Shown: positions 1 through 12,159 of the stretch, in pieces | Position numbering within the stretch: position 1 is the first letter of the stretch | Layout: the number at the start of each line of letters is the position of its first letter | Origin: Phoronis australis | Taxonomy: Eukaryota; Animalia; Phoronida | Direction: 5' to 3' | Length of the DNA: 64,000 bases | Assembly (NCBI GenBank): GCA_002633005.1 | Contig: NMRA01000104.1 | Span: forward strand, 392,070-456,069 | Position numbers and translations under genes: made by a program | The notes under the pieces: generated by a model | Told to the model about the DNA's origin: nothing | The model's input: the letters and a program-made list of their open reading frames with translations, nothing else | Databases searched by the model: none

Positions 1-185
1 GCCTTGTAGAAAGGTCGTCCGCAAGTGAATGCTGTAACGCCCCATCTGAAAGCGCCGATTGTGAATCAATATTGCGGTTTTGGATTCTCTTTTTAAAATG
101 GTAAGCTGCCAAATACTGTTACTGTTCTTGGTATTTAACACCGTTGTTAAAAAAGCTATGTATTTTTGTGAATACGCCTTTTGTG

Positions 186-333
186 CACGGGCGGCGCACC
201 AAATGGGGCTGGGGGGTGGGGCTATATTCCCCCACTTTTTCAGTGCCGCTACGCCCAGGGTCTATAGGCAGTGCACCACAAGGGGGCTGGGGTGCTTTAG
301 CCCACCACTTTTTTCAGTGCTGCGCCGCCCATG
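186..333. mobile_element. Short GC-rich MITE; second copy of the family at 59893-59966
   Basis: Termini CACGGGCGGCGCA...TGCGCCGCCCATG are near-perfect inverted repeats. TTGTG lies on both sides (181-185, 334-338). There is an internal duplicated GGGGCTGGGG...CCACTTTTTCAGTGC motif. Confidence 0.65.
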
Positions 334-1458
334 TTGTGCTAGTGTCTGTATGTTCTGAAAAGTTCGAAAGTCTAGATTGTTAAAAGGCAAAAGATATTAG
401 GCACTCTTTTGTGGCCAATAGAACTCAGAGTGGAATCTGTTTAGTGTCACTGTATTCACTCGTGAAATGAAATTTGCAAATATGCTGTTCAGTACTGAAT
501 ATTTCTTGCTTGCTCGATTTATTTTAGTATTATCAACCAGCATGATTTGCGTGAACTTGACTTACAGTGACTCAATATGTTGTTTCTTTTACGTCGCAGC
601 CTGAAGCACGATAATACTCTGCGGCCGTTTTTCAGTTGTTTCTTTGCGGCGGAGTTACATGTATAACTAAGGTGATGTAATTAGGGGATCTATTTGTAAA
701 AGTTGATGTGTTAAACATCACGAAAAGGTATGACAATACTGTCATTATTTTGTGCTATGATCCATCATTTCCAATTTTTGGGGGTTAATTTTTTGTTACA
801 CGATGCTGGCTGTAAGCCCATTTCTTGGCATGCTACTTGCGCACAATACTGATGCAACCGTTGATCCAAGGCGCCTTGTTGTAAAACGTACATGTAATCA
901 GGCATAAAGTGGTGCTTGGAAGGCAAATTTCTGTTATTACGTGGTGAAATGGTATTTTGACATGTATGTTGTTCTGTGTGATTTTTTGTCCTATCGACAC
1001 CAGTGCTATATATACACAACATTACTAGGAAGAGTCAAACGTTTAAACAACAATTTTAGTATGTTCTCGAAAACTATAACAAGAGTATTGTTTACCTGAG
1101 AATGAGTTACAATAACGACGAAATAAATCTCATTCAACGCACGCTACCGGGAATTCCCGCACGTGTGTCTAGGGCAGAGTTTCGTTGCCTCAAGAATCTC
1201 GCTTAGGAAGGTAGTGTTATCACGTACTTCGCTTGTAATATGTGGCGATATCTCGCTCAGTCTTGTGTTTTCGCGAGATTCTCGCCTCTACTCAACGCAC
1301 GCCGGCTACACCGTTGATGTAGAGATGGCGTTGTAGTCGAATAGTTTCATTCGCATATCAAAAATTTACCCGGAGCGATCTCCGAAGCCTGCGCCATCTT
1401 ATTTAGTCCAAAGATTCTAATACCTACATGTATAGGTTCGGTATCAGCCTTTCCTTAA

Positions 1459-1575
1459 CACACACTTCGTTGAAAACACGATTAAACTTTTTGTTTGAAA
1501 GCTTGATACACTACGAGCGACTTTGTGTCAAGCTTTCAAACAAAAAGTTCAGTCGTGTTTTCAACAAAGTTTGTG
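1459..1575. repeat. Hairpin/palindromic element (~52-bp arms, ~13-nt loop), probable MITE remnant
   Basis: GTTGAAAACACGATTAAACTTTTTGTTTGAAAGCTTGATACA is the reverse complement of TGTGTCAAGCTTTCAAACAAAAAGTTCAGTCGTGTTTTCAAC, with a few mismatches. Confidence 0.85.
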
Positions 1576-3419
1576 ATACCTACACGTATATACGATCTGT
1601 GGTGTGACTGAAACTCATTCAAAGGATGTCATGTATTGATAAAGCCCCACTTTTCAGTTACATCTAAGCAAATGTACTACATAAGTCGGAAAGGATGAAG
1701 AAACTGACCGATCAGAAAACCCACCATGATATCTTATAAGGTCAAAATTCACCCAGCATTTCTCCCGGGAGGAACTGACTTTTGTAAAGGCAAAACAAGT
1801 CATAGCTTGCCACCACCAATAATTTGCTATTTCTGGCGACCAATTTGGTTTCATTTTGTATGTTTAGACTTAAACTTACTATTACAATATTTACTTGTAT
1901 TCCCCACAACTTGGACAGTTTGTCTTTATGCACCCGAAATAATATCCGAAAATAGTTACCCATTTCTCGTAAATTCTTTCTGACAACATTTTACTCTTGA
2001 GTAGCTTGAAGACTATTTTTCCTCTTAGAAATTGGCAAAAGATGGTGCTGTGACAGTACCCTTTTCCGAATTTTTGCTCCACTGTACTTTGAGGGATTGC
2101 TATTGTAAATTAATCTCGTCAAGGTCTGTCTGACATATGGCACCCGTTTCACGCTACGGCATGCCGTTCTCGAGTTATTCGAGATTTTCCTATTACTACT
2201 TTTTATTAATTGATTTCTTGTGCCACCGTACTTTGACAGATTTGTGAAACTTGTTAAGTGAATTGATCTCGTCAACTAGAGCTATCACAGTTGTGCTATT
2301 TGTTTCTGACCACGACTTACCATTCTTCGGTTATTCCCGATGACTACAATCGGGCTGCAAGTTGCCGTCTCAGAGTTCTAGAGCATAGGTTTTAGACCTT
2401 TCATATCACCCCTTGTTCCAAACGAAATTCACAACAAACAGCACGTAACTCATCAATAGCTCAATGCCTATTGTTTTAGTCGACACCCGACACAAGATGG
2501 CGTTCGGCCACGGCCATTTTTCAGAACTTCACTGATTGAGATTGGATTCTTCGGAAATTTGGTATGTAGATAGATCTCATCAAGGGCTATCTCAAGTGTG
2601 TCGTGTTTCATCCGTAATTCTTGATACGACTTACCATTCTCGAGTCAATCCAGATTTTCTGCTAACTGGATCTTTTATTGATTAATTTCACACGTTTTGA
2701 AGCCGGAGTGCTTTTACGCCTTATCCTGAATCTTGGTGTGTGAAAAAATCTAGTTAAAGGCTACTTGCAATTACTGTGCCATCAGTTTATCGCTATCACA
2801 TACATGTACCTTTCTCAAGTTATTCGATATTTACTGGTGACTGATTTCCAACGCGGTACGTTTCTCAGCCTTCAGTGCAGTGGTCGTCTTAGCTTCAAGA
2901 ACAGCATAAATTCGAGGAAAAATCATCTGGTGGGCTTTTTAAAATACAACGTACTCAACAGGTAAAGATTCACGGATCAACAGTCAAACCTTGCCATCGA
3001 TCCTACAAACGTTGAACATAGTGGCAGTTGATAATTCCAGAACAGATAGCGCTTGTAGTATGTGGAAAACGCTGTGAGAATGCAGATTACAATACGTAGT
3101 TGGTGTTTTATGTTTTGGGAAAACTCAAGTTGCCATTTTTCATTGCCGCTGCAATGTGTTCCTTGGCAGTTTCGATTGGGAAACCCCGTCGCTGACGTCG
3201 TGAAAAGAGAATCTCAAAGTTATGAGTATTGAATCGTTACAAAATCCGTTTCTAATAAACACAGTATAGATTATGTCTTTACGCATCATAACGAACAAGT
3301 GGAAGCGACTCTTTTATTTTATCTCCAAATTAATTTAAAGCCATTTCCCTTCACAGTGTGCGCAGTATGTTTTACTGTATAGCCTATTGATGGAAGCAGA
3401 GCAAAACTCTGGAACCCTA

Positions 3420-3540
3420 GGATCTCGCTATAATTGCAAAACTTTGCGAGGTTACGCGAGATATTGCCGTGTATTGTAAATGAGATCACGTGATTTCGGC
3501 TAGATTTTTCTCGCCGCGAGACAGCTACTGAACTTTACCC
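3420..3540 (+). repeat. Dispersed repeat family (GCGAGAT...CACGTGAT); similar segments at ~1190-1290 (inverted), ~20335-20430 and ~59440-59520
   Basis: Shared GCGAGAT(A/T)TT(G/A)CCGTGTATT..AATGAG..CACGTGATTT.GGC core, seen by eye. Confidence 0.55.
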
Positions 3541-5337
3541 TGGTCTTGATTTTTTGCGTGTCTTGCGTCTACGGACCGCAGCCCTCTATAAATGCCTACA
3601 TCCAAGTAGTCACGTCGGACACTTAATTCGCGGATGCCCCGATGCCGATGAAATACTTTCTGTTCTCAATCTGGTCAAGGCTGCATTTTGGAGACGCAAG
3701 AAATTTGCAAATATCGCTATGCATTACAAGCGAAACAAATGATCACGACTTTCTTTGATCAAAGGAACGCATCCCAGGTGTTAAAAGGGTTGTCCTTTTA
3801 GCACCTCTTAGTAAGTTAGTAAAAACAGAGTCTACCATTTTCGCATAACTATACCTGCGCCCCACAGAGGCAATTTATTGCCTCCCGCCTTGTGTTAATG
3901 CTTGAAATAATGAGCTTTGCTGAACGCATAACAATTGTTTTACTGACATAGTATGTGAACATGCATGCGTTTTATTTTTAGATTCCATGTTGCCCAAGTC
4001 GACGACTGGTTCGGTGGACAACGACAGACTTGTCTCAAATGAAACGCATTTGCTATATGTAGGTTACGCATGTACTTAATAAACTGAGTGCTTAAACCAC
4101 GTTGATTTCTTTACCAAATCGCTTGCCATTCAGCATACAATTGCATATGAGAAGTTGGTCGACTCGATTTTGACGAATAATACGGCTAAAATTCAAATTA
4201 AAACGACCATTTTATGTTATGAATATTGATCTTTGTTCCGGGTACAAACATTCCCAAAGTCACATGTCTTTGTATCAGTGACTCTGACTTGTATTTTCTA
4301 ACAACAATTGCAGCGGAAACACTTAATCGGTGTCACCAAAATATCCGAAACAATTATCAATCAAATGCAGCGCTCGATTTGGCGACCTGCAGGACCTGTA
4401 GATTTCTTGTCTTTGATTCACAATTGTTCAGTTTATTTCGTGAAATCAGCGCATTTGCCACCACTTTTAAATTACAACAGGAAGTAAGCAGAAGTCGGAA
4501 TTGTTTGGCAAAGTCAGGCAAGATCGGCGAATTTCGCGCCATCAGACCATTCAACGTCAACGCTCTATGTCAGGAATTATGTTAGAGAATGGATGAATTT
4601 AGGCATTTACAGTGGAAATCGGAGGAGGGCAAGAGACAGCAGGGGTGTGGTTACGGCCGCTCGACCTCGTTTTGGTCGGCGAATTTTTACCATGGAATTG
4701 ATTTAGGCACCTGAGATTTTCAGCGGATATCAACAGTAATCCCTCCTAGTGGTAGCACACACTCCAGCTCCGCATCATAACAGCGCCCTAATGTGGTGAC
4801 AAAGGCAGAAACAAGGCGGCCACTTGGCGGCCGAGTGAATTGACCTATCGCCAGGACTTTGAGTGACGGCTCAGTAACAGACCATTTAAAACTCATCGTT
4901 CTTGACACACCTTTGTTTCCAGGCCGCCATTTTACCCGACAAACAACCCGTTACCGAGTAAAACTTATTGTTTGTTACGTTACGGCGTTTTCCCGTTGCT
5001 CCCAACTTGTTCGATTCTATAGCCCAAAAACAAGTTGGGGAGGTTACCCCTGTAGCCAATATCTTACACGACTGATTAACTCTATTCTGTCATTCATGGT
5101 TGGAGGGCCAGCTCTCTTTTGTATGATAATTGCTCTAATCTCCAATAAGTTCGTATCTACTCTGACTGGGCTGTGCTGTTAAAAATAAAAGTTATGTTAT
5201 AACATACTTGAACATAAACCTATAGCATTTCTGAAATTGTCGTCAAATGGTGATCAAAATCGCCCAACTCAAACCGAAGTTACGACAATCTATTCTTTCC
5301 AAATGTACCAATTTTCTCTGCAGGGTTTGGCAGGAGA

Positions 5338-5458
5338 AGCCTGGTAGATAACTGCTTGTTGTCATAACAGACAAAAGAGTGTGCTTGGCAATTAACAAAG
5401 AACCTAGATGTTATCAGACGCTCAGAACCCCCTACGTCTGGTAAAGTCACTGAACGGG
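5338..5458 (+). repeat. Dispersed ~120-bp repeat; copies at 39268-39393 (direct) and ~6210-6321 (inverted)
   Basis: CCTGGTAGATAACTG..TGTTGTCATAACAGACAAAAGA.TGTGCTTGGCA.TTAACAAAGAA...ACGCTCAGAACCCCCT.CGTCTGGTAAAGTCACTGAACGG recurs. Confidence 0.85.
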
Positions 5459-5634
5459 TATTCAAATACTTTTGCATATCACGAATCGAGATATAATAAC
5501 ACTGGTACAAACACGTACGATAATAGTACGTTTTGCGAGTTTATATCAATAACGCGAGATTATGTGAGACTTAACGGTGACGTCACCGGAAGTGGGGTAA
5601 AAGCTTGTCGTTTGGCCCATAGACATCTTATACT

Positions 5635-7998
5635 ATAGACCGGGCGCACGCGCTAGTGCAGCTGACAACTTGACGCCATATTGGACAGTGCTACTAGTCA
5701 CGTGACACGGCTAATTGCCGTGTAAACAAAAGGGGTAAATTGTCCTTTTCAAAGCGCGATATCTAACAAAGAGGCCGAAGAGTGTGATTTTTTCCAGAAA
5801 CTTACAAAAACCTGTGATGTGGCACTTACATGAGTTAATCAGTCGATAGGGAAAATATCACACTATTAGAAAATCACAACCAGTGGCAGATTCTCTGAGT
5901 GGCCTGAGCGGCTGCACGCCTGTCAATCCACTGCGAGCGTTTTATTTTTTCGTTTTTTTTTCAAGAGAAACCACTAATTTATGATTTAATTCGATGCAAA
6001 TACATTATATCCAGGAGACGTGCCGCTCACTCGGGACGTACTTTCTTAGTTGGTGCCCCAATAAGCTTTTTCACTGAGTGTTGAACAGTGACCCAGGGTA
6101 ACTTTGTAAAATTAAAATATGGGGTCTAAATTTAATGTGAACTACTGTGAAAAATGACCTCATTGGGGGTCATATAAATAAGATTTTTAAAGTTCATTAA
6201 GGCGTTCTCCCGTTCAGTACAGCAGCTGTGAGCGTGCGATAACATCTAGCTCCTTTGTTAACTGCCGAGCGTAGTCTTTTGTCTGGTAGGACAACATGCA
6301 GATAAATTATCTACCAGGCTTATAACCGATAACATGTGAACACAGTCAAACCCAGTACGTTGGTACCTTCGGGTAGAATAGGTTGTCTTAACGTCGATTG
6401 TAGTTGGGCGATTTTGGTGATTCAAAAGTATAAGCTTGATCAGTATTTGATGGGCAATTCAGAAATGTCATTGGTTTATATTCAAACATTTTATAACTTA
6501 TTTTTAACAGCGCAGCCCAGTGAGGATACAAGATAGGATCTTATCGGAGATTATAGCAACTGTCGAACAAAAGAGAGCTGACCCTCTAACCCTAATTGCC
6601 AGAATGGACAAAATCAGTCGTCAGTGTAAGATATTGGTTACAGCGGTCATCCGCCCAACTTGCTGTGATATACAACTTAACAAGTTACTAGACTCAATGT
6701 AAAAAGCAAAGAACACAAACTCAGTTCCTTTCCTGTGCATCGCTCGGAATTGCTAACGTACAATTATTCTTCTCTCACGCACGGTATTCTTCTCTCACGC
6801 ACGGTATTCCTCTCTCACGAATCTGAAGTCCCCCCCCGAACAAGCACCAGGCACTTGTTGGCGTTTTGTAGTATCCCCACACAGTGTAATTTTGTGCTCA
6901 CAAAGAGATCAGTCCATCTCCCACACATTATTTCGGACCGTTCCTATCCATCCCGGCCCTTAATATGATATACATGTACGTACTGCGTGACCCTCAGTCG
7001 AGAAATTTAAAATAAATTCTTCTCACACGCATGCTGTCTGCTTATCCCAACTACCTGTTGCGGGGGAACCGTTGAATAATGACGGGACAGGTTTTCACAG
7101 ACATGAGGTAATTTTTTCATGAGCTGAAAATTCTTCACATTTAATTTAGACCCTGTGAAAAAAGTAACCGGGGTCATTTTCCACGGGATCATAATTAATG
7201 CTACATCGGCTCGGTTGGGTATATTTCCATTTGGTTTCCAGTGGGAAATTCTGTATTTTGGGTAAGGGTTGGATGCGAAATTCAGTCTTACAGGTTTGAT
7301 ATTTTGATTACTATGCACTTTACTTTTTTGTGTAAGTTTCGTCACAAAACAGAGAGCTCGTAAGCAAGCAGTGCAAATCTGAAAACTGTCCAATATCAAC
7401 TTCGACATAAGTACAGATTTTGTAGGGATTTTTTTTGTTTTGATACAACAGGAAACATCCGATTTTGGAATACATATTAAGAAATGAGTTTTTAAAGCAG
7501 TATATATTTCAATAGAGAATACACTATTCACTTAGATTTACTGATTTCGATGGCTGGCGAGTAAGTTCGGGGATGTTATTTTTCAGTGCGAGTAAAAATA
7601 CACATGATTGTCATTAATACCAAATATTTACTTGAATATAATTAGCAAACAGAGTCGTCATTTGATAACAGCATATGGTGGTCAATAATTTTCTTTTTAA
7701 TTGATCTTGCATGGTCTCAATCGCCAAGACTTATGTCGCTCTGCTTAACCTATGGTGGCAGAACATAAAAGCCTAATTGCAGCACCACTAAACTCCATGG
7801 TCGAACCGACTCAATGGCAGGACCAAAAAATTTAACTCTTTGGCTGCAGGCATAACACTACGAGCCCCCGCATTTCCTGACTGATGCCGTAGGGCTCCCG
7901 GTCTTTTCCGCCATTTCTGTCCTGTGTAGCACTCTCCAATATGGCGTCATATTGACATCGCGAGCTGCATGTATCTGAGTGGCGCGCGCTCGGTCTAT
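5635..7998. mobile_element. Putative ~2.4-kb non-autonomous DNA transposon
   Basis: The left end ATAGACCGGGCGCACGC..TGCAGCT..TGACGCCATATTGGACAGTGCTAC matches the reverse complement of 7926-7998. No clear TSD and no transposase ORF. Confidence 0.6.
6765..6819 (+). repeat. Tandem repeat, 20-bp unit, ~2.7 copies
   Basis: TATTCTTCTCTCACGCACGG repeated. Confidence 0.85.
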
Positions 7999-9606
7999 GT
8001 GATGTCAATGGTTTGGCCATTTACCCGATACGGTAGCAAAGTGTATTCTGTTGTTTACTTCGGGTTTTTAATCTTTTAGTGTGAAAAATTCCAAACAAGC
8101 ATTGCTGTTATAGCAAATGAAATTCAGATTCGCACTACAATACGTTCCATGGCGTTCTGTACTAATTTCGTCTCGTGCGTTTTAAACGGGCGGTATGCGA
8201 AATCCGCTCACTGATCAAGATTTCACCTCGTCAAAAATACATTCTACACCTACAATTATCACCTAAAAACGCACATACTTTCTTCAGTGATTCTTTCTGT
8301 TTCTAAACATATCTTTGATGAAGTATAGCCACGGGAATTCATGTGACTTAGGCGAAGAATTCCAACTCCACTTTTTGGATACTGTTAACTTTGACCGCGC
8401 ACGCGATAACCACAAAGTATGTCAACTGAGTCAGGTGAGTATGAGGCAAAGGCTAGCGCGAGACTGTGCGAAGCACGTGACTTGGCGCGTGACACTTGCC
8501 CGATAGAAGCATGGGAAAATATAAGGTGAAATTTGTAAGATTTGTGTCCCTTGGACTTTTTGTTCGTCAGCAGATGTGATTTCACGTAACTTCCTCAAAA
8601 TGGCGCCCGGTGAGAGAAACTCGAGAGAAAAGGGAGGTTTTCATGGATATGTTCAAGTTATTTGTAGACTAAATTGTATCCAGAGTCATGGTGTCTGCTA
8701 ATTATAACTCCATGTGCAGATATGCATGTTTCAATTGATTTTATTTGCTGTATTTTGAAATGATTAACTTTTTATGGGGATATACTATCGCCCTTGTATG
8801 CCTGCGGCATTCAGGCCTAGACCGGGTCGAGTTCCAATTTCAGTCCGTTCACAGCTTCGCGCAACATAACAAGTTCACATTTTCTTCGTCCATTCACAGT
8901 TATTCAACGATCCATCTACCATCTCTTAAATCGTGTTAACGTTTTAAGCGAAAAATTCACCAGTAAGTAAGTGTAGCAAGACTCGGGGAAAAACAAGAAC
9001 AATGTGGCGGGTTTTGCCTTCTTTCCAGTGACGTCACATCGACTAACTGGAAACTCGCAAGTGAGCTATTGTATAACATATTTATTCCATACGCACCGCT
9101 GAGGATTCTTTAAAGAAGCGGGCTTACACAGATTGCTCCGCTTGTTTTTGTGTCGTTTGTCATCTTTTATCCATGATGAGTCGCAGATCGCGTGACACGT
9201 ATACGTGCACGCAATATTTTTATGAATGATCTTTGCAGCCTGCATGCAAACACGGCAGCTCAAGTTGTATTTCACAGCAGCTACAAGCTTAAGGGGTGCC
9301 TGTCTGCTGTTTTCAGTATTTTCGTCAGTGTTTGAGCTGAAATCTATTTCTAAGTTAAAATTTGCATACATTTTGGACGTTTTTGTTGACTTCGTTGAGT
9401 AATATCTGTGCAGAACACCCAGACGTTGTGGTTGATGCACGTTTGGCCCCTTCTTTTTATCATTTTTAGGTACAAAATATTAAGAAATTAATCATAAAAT
9501 TGAAAAATATAGTGTTTAAAGTAGTTGCAGTTTTGCTTTTGGGCTAGACGTATTTTGATTGTTTTGAGTTCGAATTTAAAAATTGACTCATATTTGGCCG
9601 CAGAGA

Positions 9607-9608
<2 letters not shown>

Positions 9609-9644
<36 letters not shown>

Positions 9645-9834
9645 GTCTCTCTCTCTCTCCCTCCCTCCCTCCCTCCCTCNNNNNNNNNNNNNNNNNNNNN
9701 NNNNNNNNNNNNNNNNNNNNNNNNNNNNNNNNNNNNNNNNNNNNNNNNNNNNNNNNNNNNNNNNNNNNNNNNNNNNNNNNNNNNNNNNNNNNNNNNNNNN
9801 NNNNNNNNNNNNNNNNNNNNNNNNNNNNNNNNNT

Positions 9835-9891
<57 letters not shown>
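9609..9891. repeat. (CT)n/(CCCT)n microsatellite spanning an assembly gap (N 9680-9833)
   Basis: Read directly from the sequence. Confidence 0.97.
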
Positions 9892-9892
<1 letters not shown>

Positions 9893-9933
9893 AGCGTCCT
9901 CTGCTACCTCTTCAAGTGTTACCGCTATAAAAG

Positions 9934-10751
9934 TCATTCGAATTTCAGTGAGTATGAAACGAGGTTTCTGTTTTCCCAGCCATAGAGGAGCTTGTCCTCT
10001 AAGTCATAGTGCAAATGGGCATTGTAGCTGAATCTATTGGGATAGAACACTGTGTTATACGCGTCTTTGTCTATATGTTTAACGTCTCCCGTTAGCGTGT
10101 TGAACGTATGCTTGATAAAGGTGGGTTGAGTGTGTGGGTGGTCAGTCACGTACAGCGTTCCACACACGAAGAACGCGTTTCCAGCGTGTTTGGTAACATT
10201 ACTGAGGTCCCAGGTTTTCTCCACTTCAAGTGTCTTCTTGTTCAACTTCTTAACTCGCATCTTACATGTCTTATAGTCATCGCCGGCACCGTAGATAACG
10301 TAAATACCCAGTTCGTCTATCTCGATATCTACATCAGAGAAGCCTCCCCACTTGTACGGGCATCCGTTCTTGTAGCCTACATTTTCAGTAAAACCCTCTT
10401 GACGGTCAGTGTTATCAAACAGTTCAATTCGTTTTATTAGTCGTGGTGGGTTGAAACTTACGTTCCATGCATTAACTAATGGTTGATGTGCGCTCAGGCA
10501 GAAGAATGTATTGTTATACATATTGTGCTGGCTCCCAACACAGGCTTCAGGGAGATGAAAGGCCGTCCCGTTGTAATCCTGCTCCAGGTCGTCCAACGAC
10601 TTGAATCTTACCAGAGTTCTGCTGTATTTGTCATAGCCATCCATCACCCAATACGCTCCATCATTCGTTAATGGGTCCCTACCCCAATAGCCTTGAACTT
10701 TGGATCGCTCACCGATGTGTTTCTTTAATTCAATACTTGACAAAGGATGAG
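9934..10751 (-). CDS. Olfactomedin-domain protein paralog A, coding exon 2 (OLF beta-propeller domain)
   Basis: OLF motifs GYWGRDPL, YKWGGFSDVDIEIDELGIYVIY, AGNAFFVCGTLYV and LLYGWENRNLVSYSL. Acceptor TTTTTTACTTCAG lies at 10752-10764, phase 1, matching the exon 1 donor. Stop TGA at 9934-9936. Confidence 0.93.
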
Positions 10752-12159
10752 CTGAAGTAAAAAATACTTACATCAGTTTCGGAGAATCACGTTTATATTT
10801 AGTTTAAAAGCATAGTGTCAGCGACAAAAATAACCCGTAAAGCTGAATGTGAACATACAACCTCAGCGATCACTGTCCAACGCACTGTATGCTGTCAGAT
10901 CTAAATCTTTCCCGAGTTTAAACTTTACTTTAAAAGATCTCATTATTATTCATGAGGAGTACAAACACGAGCCTAAGCACAGATGATCTGTCGTTTGTAA
11001 ATGATTTAACTTTTGATTTCGTCCAAGGGCTCGTAAAAATAGATTCAGTAGCTCCTGAAAGAAACTGTTGAACAAAAGATTTAATCATCATGCTACACTC
11101 TTTCACAGTGCTACAAACGGTAGCACTGTAGATTGTTGTTTATCATGGTTTCTCATTGGTTAAAGTAATGAAACAGACGTCATAACAGTCAGTCATTCCC
11201 ATTGGTTGAAATCTGGGAAACCCCTCTCAGTTTATAGTTACGTAGTATGGCGACCACATTTGACTCGAATTGTTGCAGTTTATTAAAACGGGCAGTGATC
11301 AAAGTAAACAAAATCAAGGCAACCCTGATCCCATGGCTAAGCCCAAACAAGTACAATGCATGGAAGGCGTGTGGAAATGGTGGCGATGTGATCGATAAAC
11401 TTCCGACCAAGCATGCGCATTGATGCCCACACACGGAATTCCGTGTGTCGTTCATCATGTTTCCACAGGGCCGCTGTGTGAGAGGGTTACGTAATGAAGC
11501 AACGTTCTCACGTGGTGCAACAAATGAGCCTCGTATCGAGACAAGCACTCATAGTTTGCAAGAATAGTCTGAATCTCGAACATTGCGTGTTCTCATTTAA
11601 TGACTTATGCCAAAAGCACCCTTTCCGCTTCATTTTTGTAAAACATCCAGTACAAAATAAGTCGAAAGTTACAGAGACTATTTTTTTCGAAACTTAAGCC
11701 AAAATGATGCTCTGTCAAAACAACATAATTTTTTAAATGAAGCAATTTAAGTATGGAGTTTAATGCCTTTGTTTTCGCATGGTGCACCAACAAAATGGAT
11801 ACGGAAGTGAGTGAATCCTGTTGTCGAACATGCGCAGTCGAACTTGCAAATTGTCTCTGTCAAGTTCAAAATGGATGGTATGCATCGGAACAGTAATCGT
11901 TCTCTCTGAAAAATCCCTTGAATGAGCGACATCGAGTAAACTACCACCGTTGTGGAATAACTTGCGATCCAAGCTGACCTTTACATGTTAACACTTATCA
12001 TGAATTTTGCTTTATTGGTAAGTCAGCTTCCAGCTAAACGTTTATAAGGACCGAGGACCGGCGCTTTTAATCCATGTGCAGTCACCAAACATGTAGTAAC
12101 CGTTTTGGTGATAAAGCATGTTCTTATTTATCATTCTAGTTATCAAAGGCATTTTAAAT

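Noticed and set aside
7007-7531. 174-aa minus ORF
   Set aside because: GTG start, no recognisable domain, and located inside a repeat-derived region.
9488-10031. ORFs with ER/SL repeats
   Set aside because: Translations of the (CT)n microsatellite and N gap.
10108-10671. Plus-strand ORFs conserved in both paralogs (also 23792-24355, 14445-14855, 25448-25690)
   Set aside because: Antisense shadows of the olfactomedin exons; their conservation follows from the sense gene.
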